This document shows, piece by piece, positions 55,805 to 63,737 of a stretch of 64,000 nt of DNA; position 1 is the first letter of the stretch, and each line of letters starts with the position of its first letter. Position numbers and translations under genes: made by a program. Below the pieces are notes generated by a model. The model made no database searches, was not told the origin of the DNA, and saw only the letters and a list, made by a program, of their open reading frames with translations. This stretch comes from a virus, in IMG/VR virus record IMGVR_UViG_3300028840_003687, one strand, 5' to 3'.

Positions 55805-56518
55805 ATGCGATACCAACGCGAATTTACGTGGGGCACGGACGAAAGCACGGGCGAGGACGGATGGCTGCCCGCGTGGCTCGACGGCGTCGAGGACCCCTAT
55901 GCGTTTATCGGGGACGGAGTTGCGCACGACGCGCTAGAGCACGAGGCGCACGAATCCGACGGAGACCTCGAAAACGAGACCCGCGCGCTAGGTGCCGTCT
56001 ATTTCGTCCGCGGCGAATCGGGATGGTTCGATGCGCAGCGAAGTGGCAACCCCGACGTAGGTGAAAATCTCGCCTCGGATTTCATCGAACTATATCGAGC
56101 TTTTGCCTATGCGGGAGACTCGATCGGGGACGCGTGGCCGCTCGGGTCCGACCCGGACGCGCATGCGATGGCCGCGACGTTTCGCGATATCGTGCGCAAC
56201 GGGATCCGGCAGGCGATCGACGAGCATTCGACCGATTCGGATGAGCGGGACACCCTCGCAAGCTTCGCGCGTGGCCGCGAGTGGTTCGTGCAACTCATGT
56301 GCGAGGGATACGCAGCCGCGCATGAGCGCTTCAACGGCAACTCCAGTGCAGCGCGTGAGCTGTTCGAGCGCATCTCGTCTGCTAGCAGCGATGCCGCAAG
56401 CCATGCGCAGGACCACGGATACGCTCGTTTCCTAGTTGACATCGACACGGAAGCCGGCAAGTTTAGTGCAACGTGCGAGGTTTTCGAAAATCCCACGTAC
56501 GGCGACGATATGCGCTAA
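55805..56518 (+). CDS. highly acidic hypothetical protein
   Basis: 237 aa with many D/E; GGAGCAAACC leader. Confidence 0.55.
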   Translation: MRYQREFTWGTDESTGEDGWLPAWLDGVEDPYAFIGDGVAHDALEHEAHESDGDLENETRALGAVYFVRGESGWFDAQRSGNPDVGENLASDFIELYRAFAYAGDSIGDAWPLGSDPDAHAMAATFRDIVRNGIRQAIDEHSTDSDERDTLASFARGREWFVQLMCEGYAAAHERFNGNSSAARELFERISSASSDAASHAQDHGYARFLVDIDTEAGKFSATCEVFENPTYGDDMR

Positions 56519-56539
56519 AGCTGCACATCGGTCAGGAGA

Positions 56540-56581
56540 GCGCAGTCCGTAGGCAACTACAGGCTGCGCTTTTTTGTTTGT
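56540..56581 (+). terminator. rho-independent terminator
   Basis: GCGCAGTCCGTAG-GCAA-CTACAGGCTGCGC stem (GNRA-type GCAA loop) followed by TTTTTTGTTTG. Confidence 0.6.
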
Positions 56582-56589
56582 CCGTTTCG

Positions 56590-56875
56590 AATTTTGCTAT
56601 CAAGTTGCACAATCTCGAGTCAGCAGCCGGTGCGCAGTTTGAAAAATGCACTCAAGCTGCACATGCGCAACTCGCAAGCAACTATCAAAACTGCGAATTT
56701 TGCACTCAAGCTGCGCATCGGCAACTCATGTGCATCTCTCGAGCTTTCGAATTTTGCACTCAAGTTGCGCATCGCCCAACCGGCAACTCAGGTGCAATGT
56801 TCAGAATGCACTCAAGTTGCGCCTGGGCTGCACACGAACCATCACCTGAGTTGCACTCGAGACTCACGCCCGTAA
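56590..56875. repeat. array of five ~53-bp direct repeats (iteron-like)
   Basis: Units (A)TTTTGCACTCAAG(C/T)TGCGCATCG..GCAACTCA at ~56595, 56647, 56701, 56755, 56807; ORFs 56594..56875 and 56646..56849 are rejected as artefacts of the repeats. Confidence 0.65.
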
Positions 56876-57000
56876 ATGGCCCGTATCGCGATTTTTCGAG
56901 GGTACCCGTCGGATCATACCGGCGACCGTTGGCACGATTCTCCGGCGATCCTGCGGCGCCTAACGCCACATGCGCAACTAGCATGTAACTAATAAAATAA

Positions 57001-57054
57001 CGAAAAAACATCAAAAACCCCTAAAGTTATGGGGGCACTAACCGATAGGGTAGT
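57001..57054 (+). promoter_or_regulatory. conserved promoter/leader cassette copy 3 (short leader)
   Basis: CGAAAAAACATCAAAAACCCCTAAAG-N15-CCGATAGGGTAGT-ATG. Confidence 0.5.
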
Positions 57055-57303
57055 ATGACTAAAAAACGGTTTTCCGATATATGCGCGGCGGCTGGCGTTC
57101 GATGGTCGCACAATCCCGATCTAGATACGATCGACGTGGACCCGCCTAGCGGATACGTGATAGCGGACACGGGCCTACACTATCTGTCGCACTTCATGCG
57201 AGGCTGGACGCGCGCGGAAGCTTACCAGCACATCGCCGCCGACCTAGCCGGTGGAATCGAAAAGTGCGAGCAGGCGGAATGCGACTACTGCGAAAAAAGC
57301 TAG
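57055..57303 (+). CDS. hypothetical protein
   Basis: 82 aa, C-terminal CEQAECDYCE. Confidence 0.5.
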   Translation: MTKKRFSDICAAAGVRWSHNPDLDTIDVDPPSGYVIADTGLHYLSHFMRGWTRAEAYQHIAADLAGGIEKCEQAECDYCEKS

Positions 57304-57357
57304 TTGCCTGTCTTTTGCTATTCAGGTTTCGGACTACTCACCGATAAGAGATACATA

Positions 57358-57630
57358 ATGCAGAAACTCGAATCCCTTCTAATCGCGCTGCGCGAGTCGT
57401 CGCCCACGGGCCGCATCGCGGCGACCGTTTCGCCCGAAGTCGATCGGGTGACCTATCACGCGCTCACGGTATGCGAGCATTGCGGCGGAGAAATCGCCGT
57501 CGGTGACGGTTTCGCATGGCAGGAGTGGGGGTGGTACCGGGGAGACTATCGCCGCGCGGAAGCGTACGCGGACGCTACCCGATACGCGCATCATGCGCAG
57601 GAAATGTGCAAGCGATTTTCTTTCGAATAG
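57358..57630 (+). CDS. hypothetical protein
   Basis: 90 aa from MQKLESLL; CEHCGGE motif. Confidence 0.45.
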   Translation: MQKLESLLIALRESSPTGRIAATVSPEVDRVTYHALTVCEHCGGEIAVGDGFAWQEWGWYRGDYRRAEAYADATRYAHHAQEMCKRFSFE

Positions 57631-57632
57631 CG

Positions 57633-57699
57633 CGAAAAAACTCTCAAGCGCGGGCGCCGCGCGCCGATAAGTAGATCATAACAACGGGAGCAAACCCAA
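57633..57699 (+). promoter_or_regulatory. conserved promoter/leader cassette copy 4
   Basis: GCGAAAAAACTCTCAAGCG-N15-CCGATAAG-TAGATCATAACAACGGGAGCAAACCCA-ATG. Confidence 0.5.
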
Positions 57700-57803
57700 T
57701 GATTTTCGAGTCCGTTCTGTTCTTTTCCTACACTGTCGCCATTTGCATGGGACTTGCCGCTCTTCGATAGAGCGCACCTAACACGCAACAAAGGAGCAAA
57801 CCA

Positions 57804-58355
57804 ATGGATATTCTGAACGTCCCGAAGGGGAAAATCCCGAAGCTTGACGCGCTCACGAGCGCGCGAGAGTACCGCATCCAGAGTGCAACTAGCGTGCGCA
57901 TTTCGTCCTACTGGGATGGCGGATCGAAGGATTCGTATTGCGCATACAATGCACACGGGGTGCCGGTCGATCTGCCGGCCCATGGCGGCGCGCCGCAATT
58001 CGGCGGCAACTCGGCCGATGTGCAACTCGACAGCAACGGGATCGCATATCTCGTGAATCACTCGATTTTCCGCGGAAAGCACATGCCGCCTACCGTCTAC
58101 TTGCCGGTTGCTGAATTCGAGCGATTCAAAGCGGAACTTGCCGCCGAGTTGCCGCAGGTAACTGAGATGCAGCTTCACGCGCTCGCAATTACTGCGCAAC
58201 TCAAGAGCAGCGCTCGCCTCGATGAGTGGACGCGCAAGTATGCGGCAGAAGACTGGGAAGCAACTCGCGCGCAGCTTCGCGATATGAAGCTCTTGCGCAA
58301 GAACAACGCAATCACGCCCGAGGGTCGAAACCTCGCGCGAGACGCGCGCATTTAA
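57804..58355 (+). CDS. hypothetical protein
   Basis: 183 aa; GGAGCAAACCA-ATG start context. Confidence 0.5.
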   Translation: MDILNVPKGKIPKLDALTSAREYRIQSATSVRISSYWDGGSKDSYCAYNAHGVPVDLPAHGGAPQFGGNSADVQLDSNGIAYLVNHSIFRGKHMPPTVYLPVAEFERFKAELAAELPQVTEMQLHALAITAQLKSSARLDEWTRKYAAEDWEATRAQLRDMKLLRKNNAITPEGRNLARDARI

Positions 58356-58700
58356 CGCGCAGCACGATACTTACCGGCAAGTTGCCGGGTCCCTGCCGGG
58401 GTATGGTTTGCTCCCCCCGGTGGGGATTTTTTCGTTCGGCGACCGGCAACTAATGTGCAAGTCTCGAGCTTCCACTTTTGCCTATAGATTGCGCTCAAGT
58501 GTGCCGACCGTTCTGCCGATGTACACAGTACACCGCCCCTGCGCGTGAACAAGCAACTCTCGAGCAACTCATGCGCAACGCTCTGTGCGCCCCTCTAAGC
58601 GCCGATTTTTCGGCCGGTACCCTAATACCGGGGGAGGGCCGATCGTTTGTTAGGCGGGATCCTGCGGCGCCGTTTTCGTCTGGCGCCCATAGCGCGCGCT

Positions 58701-58800
58701 AGAAAAATAACGAAAAAACATCGGTAACCCGCTAAAGTATTCCGGCGACCCACCGATAAGAGACTCATAACGCGGGCCGATCCCGCCGGAGCAAACCGCC
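58701..58800 (+). promoter_or_regulatory. conserved promoter/leader cassette copy 5
   Basis: AAAAATAACGAAAAAACATCGGTAACCCGCTAAAG-N15-CCGATAAG-AGACTCATAACG...GGAGCAAACCGCC-ATG; the upstream ~100 bp is also duplicated at 56870-57000. Confidence 0.5.
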
Positions 58801-59004
58801 ATGACGGCCCGAGAATACATCGACGCAATCACCCGCGAGGAAAACCGGGGCGCAGAGCATGCGCAGAACGGACTTGCGTGCTGCCCGCCTACGATCGACG
58901 TGAACGGCTACGACCAGGCAAGTTACTCGCAATGGATGTGCATCCGATCCGCATACTATCGCGGATTTGGGACGAGCGTGCGAGAGCAGGAAGGCGGCAA
59001 CTAA
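58801..59004 (+). CDS. small hypothetical protein
   Basis: 67 aa, ends ...EGGN with a GGCAACTAATG stop-start junction. Confidence 0.45.
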   Translation: MTAREYIDAITREENRGAEHAQNGLACCPPTIDVNGYDQASYSQWMCIRSAYYRGFGTSVREQEGGN

Positions 59005-59201
59005 TGCGCGGCATACCGGCAGTCAAGGCGTGGCGCGTGCGCACCAATAATTCCGTCTACAGTGTGCTCGCACCGACACGCAAGTTAGCGGTAATGAATC
59101 TGCGGGCGGAGGGTATCTACGATGCAATTCGCAGCGTGGGGGTTCGCCGGAACGTCAAGCGCAGCCAGCATGCAACTGTGTGCGAGCTGAACGAAGATTA
59201 G
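59004..59201 (+). CDS. small hypothetical protein
   Basis: 65 aa from MRGIPAV (internal start of ORF 58878..59201 at the stop-start junction). Confidence 0.4.
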   Translation: MRGIPAVKAWRVRTNNSVYSVLAPTRKLAVMNLRAEGIYDAIRSVGVRRNVKRSQHATVCELNED

Positions 59202-59210
59202 GGGCAACTA

Positions 59211-59483
59211 ATGGGCAACTTGAAGCTGCACACAAAACACATCGACGAGTTGCGCACGATCTGCGCAGGCAAGCATGCGGCAAATATGCGGCAACGCTGG
59301 GATATCATTTGGGCGCAGCCGAGAGAATGGCGCAACGCATTTTTCGAGCAAGTCTACCGATACGCAAATGACACGCACGTAGACAGCGCTTTGCGCGCAG
59401 TCGTCAAACCGCACCCTAACTGCGCATGCACTGCCGATCAGAAGCCTGCGCCCGGAGTGCTCTGGAGTTGCACATGCCGGTAA
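59211..59483 (+). CDS. hypothetical protein
   Basis: 90 aa, starts at a GGGCAACTAATG junction; C-terminal CACT...CTC. Confidence 0.45.
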   Translation: MGNLKLHTKHIDELRTICAGKHAANMRQRWDIIWAQPREWRNAFFEQVYRYANDTHVDSALRAVVKPHPNCACTADQKPAPGVLWSCTCR

Positions 59484-59707
59484 ACCTTGACCTATCTGCC
59501 GAAGAGTTGCGTGTGATTGTCCGCGCACTCGATGCGCGAGAGTTGCCGCTTCGTGAGCGTGCGCATGCGATGCATGTTGCCGGTGATCTGCCGGCGCGTG
59601 ACGCGATCGACGCCGAGCTGGAAGTTGCACTCGAGCTGCTCAAGAAACTCGCACCCCACGCGGCCCCGATGCCCACGCGGCCCGAGACGCAGAACGGCGG
59701 CAACTAG
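59474..59707 (+). CDS. small hypothetical protein
   Basis: 77 aa from MPVNLD, ends ...NGGN-TAG. Confidence 0.4.
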   Translation: MPVNLDLSAEELRVIVRALDARELPLRERAHAMHVAGDLPARDAIDAELEVALELLKKLAPHAAPMPTRPETQNGGN

Positions 59708-59767
59708 GCCCACGCGGCCGAATGACCCTCAAGCGGCCCACGCGGCCCCGAAACGGAGCAAACTAGC
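59704..59767 (+). promoter_or_regulatory. conserved promoter/leader cassette copy 6 (partial, no A-tract)
   Basis: CCCACGCGGCCGAATGACCCTCAAGCGGCCCACGCGGCCCCGAAACGGAGCAAACTAGC-ATG; shares CCCACGCGGCCGAA...CCCTCAAGCGGCC with copy 7. Confidence 0.4.
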
Positions 59768-60577
59768 ATGACCCGAGCGGCCCTCTCCCGCGAAATCCGA
59801 GCCAAGTGGCCGACCATCGTCGCGGAGTCCGGAACCGATATCCTGCGATCCCTCGCGGCCCTTCCGAAGGGTACGCTGCGGATTCTCGGATCCTCGCAAA
59901 AGACGGAAGCGGGCGAGGATCTGAAAATCCTCACGGGGGTTGCCTATCTGGCGCCGGCCGACGCCTCCGGGCGCAACGTGTGCGCGAATTCGACAGCCGC
60001 ATGCCGCGGGGGATGCCTCGGGGACCACTCCGGGAAAATGCCCACGCCGACCGTCCGCGCGTCGATGCAATGGAAAACCGCCCTCCGATTCGGGTGCCCC
60101 GAGTTGTTTTTCGCGCTCCTGCGCCTCGACATCGAAGCGCTTGAGGCTAAAGCGGCCCGCGAAGGGTACCAAGCGGCCGTCCGACTCGACGGTACCAGCG
60201 ATCTAGGCGACGCCGAGCGGCTGGCGCCGGAGTACCCCCGGGTGCGTTTCTACGAGTACACCAAGAGCGCGGCCCGCGCGGCCCGCTGGAACGGGCGTGC
60301 GCCTAACTTGCACGCGACGCTGTCCTTCTCCGGCGAGAATCTCGTCGAGTGCCTCACGCACTTGCAGAACGGCGGCAACGTCGCGGTTCCCTTCGACTAC
60401 CGCAAGGGTGCCTATCCCGAGGGTGCGACGTGGCATGGCTTCCCGCTGGCGAACGGCGACGCGCACGACGCGCGCTATCTCGACGCCCCCGGACACGTAG
60501 CGGCCCTCTCTTGGAAGGGTCCGAACCGCACCCGCGACGCGGCCCGCGCTGATGGCTGGCTGCAGCAGGTAGATTAG
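59768..60577 (+). CDS. hypothetical protein with Cys cluster
   Basis: 269 aa; CANSTAACRGGCLGDHSGKM cluster; no family assigned from memory. Confidence 0.5.
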   Translation: MTRAALSREIRAKWPTIVAESGTDILRSLAALPKGTLRILGSSQKTEAGEDLKILTGVAYLAPADASGRNVCANSTAACRGGCLGDHSGKMPTPTVRASMQWKTALRFGCPELFFALLRLDIEALEAKAAREGYQAAVRLDGTSDLGDAERLAPEYPRVRFYEYTKSAARAARWNGRAPNLHATLSFSGENLVECLTHLQNGGNVAVPFDYRKGAYPEGATWHGFPLANGDAHDARYLDAPGHVAALSWKGPNRTRDAARADGWLQQVD

Positions 60578-60586
60578 GAGCAACTA

Positions 60587-61021
60587 ATGGGCATTCGACG
60601 ACGTCCTATCATCCGATGCGGCCCGGTGGACACCCCGCGGCCCCACCGCATGAAAATCACACTCAACCACATCCGATTCTACGACGAAATGAAGCTTCGA
60701 GCGGCCCACGCGGCCCTAGAGGCGAGCCCTGCCCGAGCGGCCCTTGTCGACCGATTCGAGCGCGATTTCCCGAGCTACCTCCGCGCCAAACGGCCCGCCC
60801 CGGGTGCGCCTACGGTATCGGTTCACCGCTTGATCCCGCGCGACCCGGTCCCGAAGGATGCGCACCTCCTGGGCAACTTGAAGCGGATGGTCGACGGCCG
60901 AATGAAGCGGAACGGCGAATCCCTCCGAGCGGCCCTTCTGCACTTTGCCTGCGGAACCGGTGCGGCCGGGCAGCGTGACTATGCAAAGCACGCGAAGCGC
61001 TGGCTCCGGCGTCTCAAGTAG
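60587..61021 (+). CDS. hypothetical basic protein
   Basis: 144-aa ORF starting at a GAGCAACTAATG junction (an alternative internal start MKITLN at ~60650 is possible). Confidence 0.45.
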   Translation: MGIRRRPIIRCGPVDTPRPHRMKITLNHIRFYDEMKLRAAHAALEASPARAALVDRFERDFPSYLRAKRPAPGAPTVSVHRLIPRDPVPKDAHLLGNLKRMVDGRMKRNGESLRAALLHFACGTGAAGQRDYAKHAKRWLRRLK

Positions 61022-61036
61022 GCACCCCGGGTGCAA

Positions 61037-61118
61037 CTAGCCCACGCGGCCGAAAAAACCCTCAAGCGGCCACCCCATGCGGCCGATACGTGATACATAA
61101 CAAACGGAGCAAACCATC
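61037..61118 (+). promoter_or_regulatory. conserved promoter/leader cassette copy 7
   Basis: CCGAAAAAACCCTCAAGCGG-N16-CCGATACG-TGATACATAACAAACGGAGCAAACCATC-ATG. Confidence 0.5.
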
Positions 61119-61607
61119 ATGGCCAAGCGGCCCATCGGTACAGTCGAAAGCAACGCGATTCGATTCGGAGTCGAAAACTTCGCCAACATCCCGGCGGACA
61201 TCCTCGAAATCCCGGTCTACGTCAACCCCCGGCTACAGACCACCCTCGGACGCGCCCATCACAACCGCCGCACCGGCGAGCGCTGGATCGAGATCAATCG
61301 GGCGGTTTTCGCCGACCCTGATCGAATGCGCCTCACTCTCGCGCATGAGATCGCCCACCACTGCGCAGGCCTCGCCGCGGGCCATGGCATGCTCTGGCAG
61401 GCCTACGCCCGGAGCCTCGGACACAGCGGCGAGCGAACGGTCACGGCCGAAGCGGCCGAGCGGATTGGCATCCGACGCACCACGCGGCCCCGGAAGGTGG
61501 TCGCAGTCTGCACGAAGTGCGGCGCCGAGGTCCGCCGCGCGAAGCGGCTCAACCGAAACGCAACCTACACGCACCCCGGGTGCGGTGGGGTCTTTCGGAA
61601 GGTCTGA
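61119..61607 (+). CDS. SprT-like zinc metallopeptidase with C-terminal zinc ribbon
   Basis: HExxH (LAHEIAHH) preceded by an SprT-like N-terminal region; C-terminal CTKCG...HPGCGG zinc ribbon. Confidence 0.6.
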   Translation: MAKRPIGTVESNAIRFGVENFANIPADILEIPVYVNPRLQTTLGRAHHNRRTGERWIEINRAVFADPDRMRLTLAHEIAHHCAGLAAGHGMLWQAYARSLGHSGERTVTAEAAERIGIRRTTRPRKVVAVCTKCGAEVRRAKRLNRNATYTHPGCGGVFRKV

Positions 61608-61671
61608 AAAAACCTCTAAAGTCTGACACCCGAGCGGCCGATAGGCCACACATAACAAACGGGAGCAAACC
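61603..61671 (+). promoter_or_regulatory. conserved promoter/leader cassette copy 8
   Basis: TCTGAAAAAACCTCTAAAG-N16-CCGATAGG-CCACACATAACAAACGGGAGCAAACC-ATG. Confidence 0.5.
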
Positions 61672-61854
61672 ATGACCGAACGAGAACGAGCAATCATCCG
61701 ATGGGCGCTGCTGAATTTCAGCGGGATGGCCTTCGAGCGATTCGCTTTCGCGAACGAGGGCGATGTCAACCACTGGAAGGCCACGCAGGGGTCCGAGCTG
61801 CCGACCGAGGTCGAGGTGCTCAAACTGGCCGATTCGATGGAGGACCCGTCATGA
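61672..61854 (+). CDS. small hypothetical protein
   Basis: 60 aa, ATGA overlap with the methyltransferase start. Confidence 0.4.
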   Translation: MTERERAIIRWALLNFSGMAFERFAFANEGDVNHWKATQGSELPTEVEVLKLADSMEDPS

Positions 61855-62822
61855 GCAACTTCGACGCAATCGACCTTTTCGCGGGAGCCGGAGGCTTCAG
61901 CACCGGCGCGAACCTCGCGGGAGTCCGCACCCTCTGGGCCGCGAACCACTGGCCCGAAGCGGTGGAGTGTCACGCGGCCAACCACCCCCACACGGCCCAC
62001 GCGTGCCAGGATCTCATGGAGGCAGATTGGACGCAGGTTCCGGCGGCCCGGATGCTGCTCGCCTCGCCCGCATGCCAGGGACACAGCCAGTGCGGCCAGC
62101 CCGCGCGCAAGGGGACCGGCGGCAACTCCCGCCCGGATGCCCACGCGGCCCGGGTGAAGTCGCAGCGCGACCGCAACACGGCCTGGGCGGTGCTCGCCGC
62201 GGCGGATACCGTGCGGCCCGAGTTCCTCGCGATCGAGAACGTCCCGGACTTCGCGCGCTGGGAAGCCTTCGACGCATGGCTGGGCGTCCTGCACGCCTAC
62301 GGCTACCAGACCCGGGTGCAGACCCTCCGAGCGACCGACTACGGCGGCGCCCAGGAGCGCGACCGGTGCGTCATCACGGCCCGCCTGGGCCACGCGGCCC
62401 CCGAGCTGGCGCCGACCTGGGGCGGCCCGGCCGTGACCATCGGCGAGTGCCTGGAGGCCGACACGGCCCCCCACCACCGGTGGAAGCCGATCGACTCGAA
62501 GAGCGAGCGCATGCGGGTGCGCGTCGCGAAGGCCCAGCGCGAGGCCGGATCCCAGTGCCTCTGGGCGAACGTCTCGGAGTCCTCCGGGCGGCCCCTGGAC
62601 GGCCATTTCCCGACGTCCACGACGAAGAGCATCGGCCAGTGGTACGTGATCGACGGCGACCGCATGCGGACCCTCAGCGCCCGCGAGCTGGCCCGGTCTA
62701 TGTCCTTCCCGGATACCTACATCCTCCCCCGGCAGAAGGGCCTCGCCGGGAAGATGATCGGCAACGCGATCGACGTGCGCATGGCCCAGGGCATCGTCGA
62801 GCAGATTATTCTCGCCGCCTGA
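61851..62822 (+). CDS. DNA (cytosine-5) methyltransferase
   Basis: Motif I DLFAGAGGF, PC motif PCQGHS (catalytic Cys), ENV motif LAIENVPDF; start at MSNFDAID (internal to ORF 61701..62822). Confidence 0.85.
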   Translation: MSNFDAIDLFAGAGGFSTGANLAGVRTLWAANHWPEAVECHAANHPHTAHACQDLMEADWTQVPAARMLLASPACQGHSQCGQPARKGTGGNSRPDAHAARVKSQRDRNTAWAVLAAADTVRPEFLAIENVPDFARWEAFDAWLGVLHAYGYQTRVQTLRATDYGGAQERDRCVITARLGHAAPELAPTWGGPAVTIGECLEADTAPHHRWKPIDSKSERMRVRVAKAQREAGSQCLWANVSESSGRPLDGHFPTSTTKSIGQWYVIDGDRMRTLSARELARSMSFPDTYILPRQKGLAGKMIGNAIDVRMAQGIVEQIILAA

Positions 62823-62890
62823 AAAAAAAAACCCTAAAGCCTGACACCTAACAGGCCGAAGAGATACTAACAAACCAAGAGGAGCATACG
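62819..62890 (+). promoter_or_regulatory. conserved promoter/leader cassette copy 9 (degenerate)
   Basis: TGAAAAAAAAAACCCTAAAGCC-N16-CCGAAGAG-ATACTAACAAACCAAGAGGAGCATACG-ATG. Confidence 0.4.
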
Positions 62891-63322
62891 ATGCGACTGG
62901 TATACGAAAAGACGGGAGCCGAGGTCAAGGTCGGCGACATTGTCGAGACGAGCCGCGGCCAGAAGGTCCGGGTGGACTTCTTCCGAGAGCCCCACAAGCC
63001 CGCGAGCAGCGGCAAGGTGGTGGTCAAGGGGGCGGACGGTTCGGCCCGCGAGTACTACGTCAGCGTGATCGGCGCCGAGTGGATCGAGCGCGAGGACCGC
63101 GGCGAGGGCCCGGACCAGCCCCGGATGCGCAACGGCAAGCCCCTCAAGACCCTCCCGGATGGTGCGCCCCGGCGCATGGCGGACGGAAAGAACGCGTGGC
63201 GGAAGATGACCGACGAGCAGCGGTTCGAGTTCCTTCGCTGGATCACTCACGGCGACGACGCCCCGGTGACCGACGCGGCCCACGAGATCATGGGACACGC
63301 CGTCCCGAAGCGAGGTGCATGA
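62891..63322 (+). CDS. hypothetical protein
   Basis: 143-aa ORF after cassette copy 9. Confidence 0.45.
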   Translation: MRLVYEKTGAEVKVGDIVETSRGQKVRVDFFREPHKPASSGKVVVKGADGSAREYYVSVIGAEWIEREDRGEGPDQPRMRNGKPLKTLPDGAPRRMADGKNAWRKMTDEQRFEFLRWITHGDDAPVTDAAHEIMGHAVPKRGA

Positions 63323-63567
63323 TGCGAGCCGCAGACCAGACCCGAATCCGAGACCGCATGCACGCGGCCGGTCGAGAAGCCTTCAACGCTGGACGCCCGT
63401 GCGTCCCCGGACTCGACGCCCTCTGGGCCCGAGAGATCGCGGGGCTCCCGACCCGACACGGCTGGGCCGAGATGACCGCCCGATGGTGGCGCTTCGGGTG
63501 GAACCGAGCGGCCGATGCGGCCTACCGAGCGCAGCCCGAGCGGCTCTACGGCCGGGAGGTGGCCTGA
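63319..63567 (+). CDS. hypothetical protein
   Basis: 82 aa from MMRAAD (ATGATG overlap with the upstream stop); Trp-rich. Confidence 0.35.
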   Translation: MMRAADQTRIRDRMHAAGREAFNAGRPCVPGLDALWAREIAGLPTRHGWAEMTARWWRFGWNRAADAAYRAQPERLYGREVA

Positions 63568-63737
63568 TGGACCCGATCGTCCAGAACATGATTGACGAGG
63601 CCCTCGCAGGCGGCCCGATCAACATCAACTCTCGAGCTACCGACCCGGAAGTGGTCCGGGACATGATCGAGCGAAGCGGCCTCGACCGACGCGGCCTCAT
63701 GCGGCCCGGCGCCGACCGACGAAAGGCGGACCAGTGA
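63567..63737 (+). CDS. small hypothetical protein
   Basis: 56 aa from MDPIVQ, TGATG overlap. Confidence 0.35.
   Translation: MDPIVQNMIDEALAGGPININSRATDPEVVRDMIERSGLDRRGLMRPGADRRKADQ

Noticed and set aside
56594-56875. 93-aa and 67-aa + strand ORFs across the 53-bp direct-repeat array
   Set aside because: Periodic repeat-derived sequence (SCTxxxQ..KLRI) without RBS; lies downstream of a strong terminator and upstream of a promoter cassette.
57700-57816. Short ORF (MIFESVL...) after cassette copy 4
   Set aside because: 38 codons, runs into the start of the 57804 gene in another frame; may be a leader peptide but there is no support beyond the RBS, so it is not listed as a feature.
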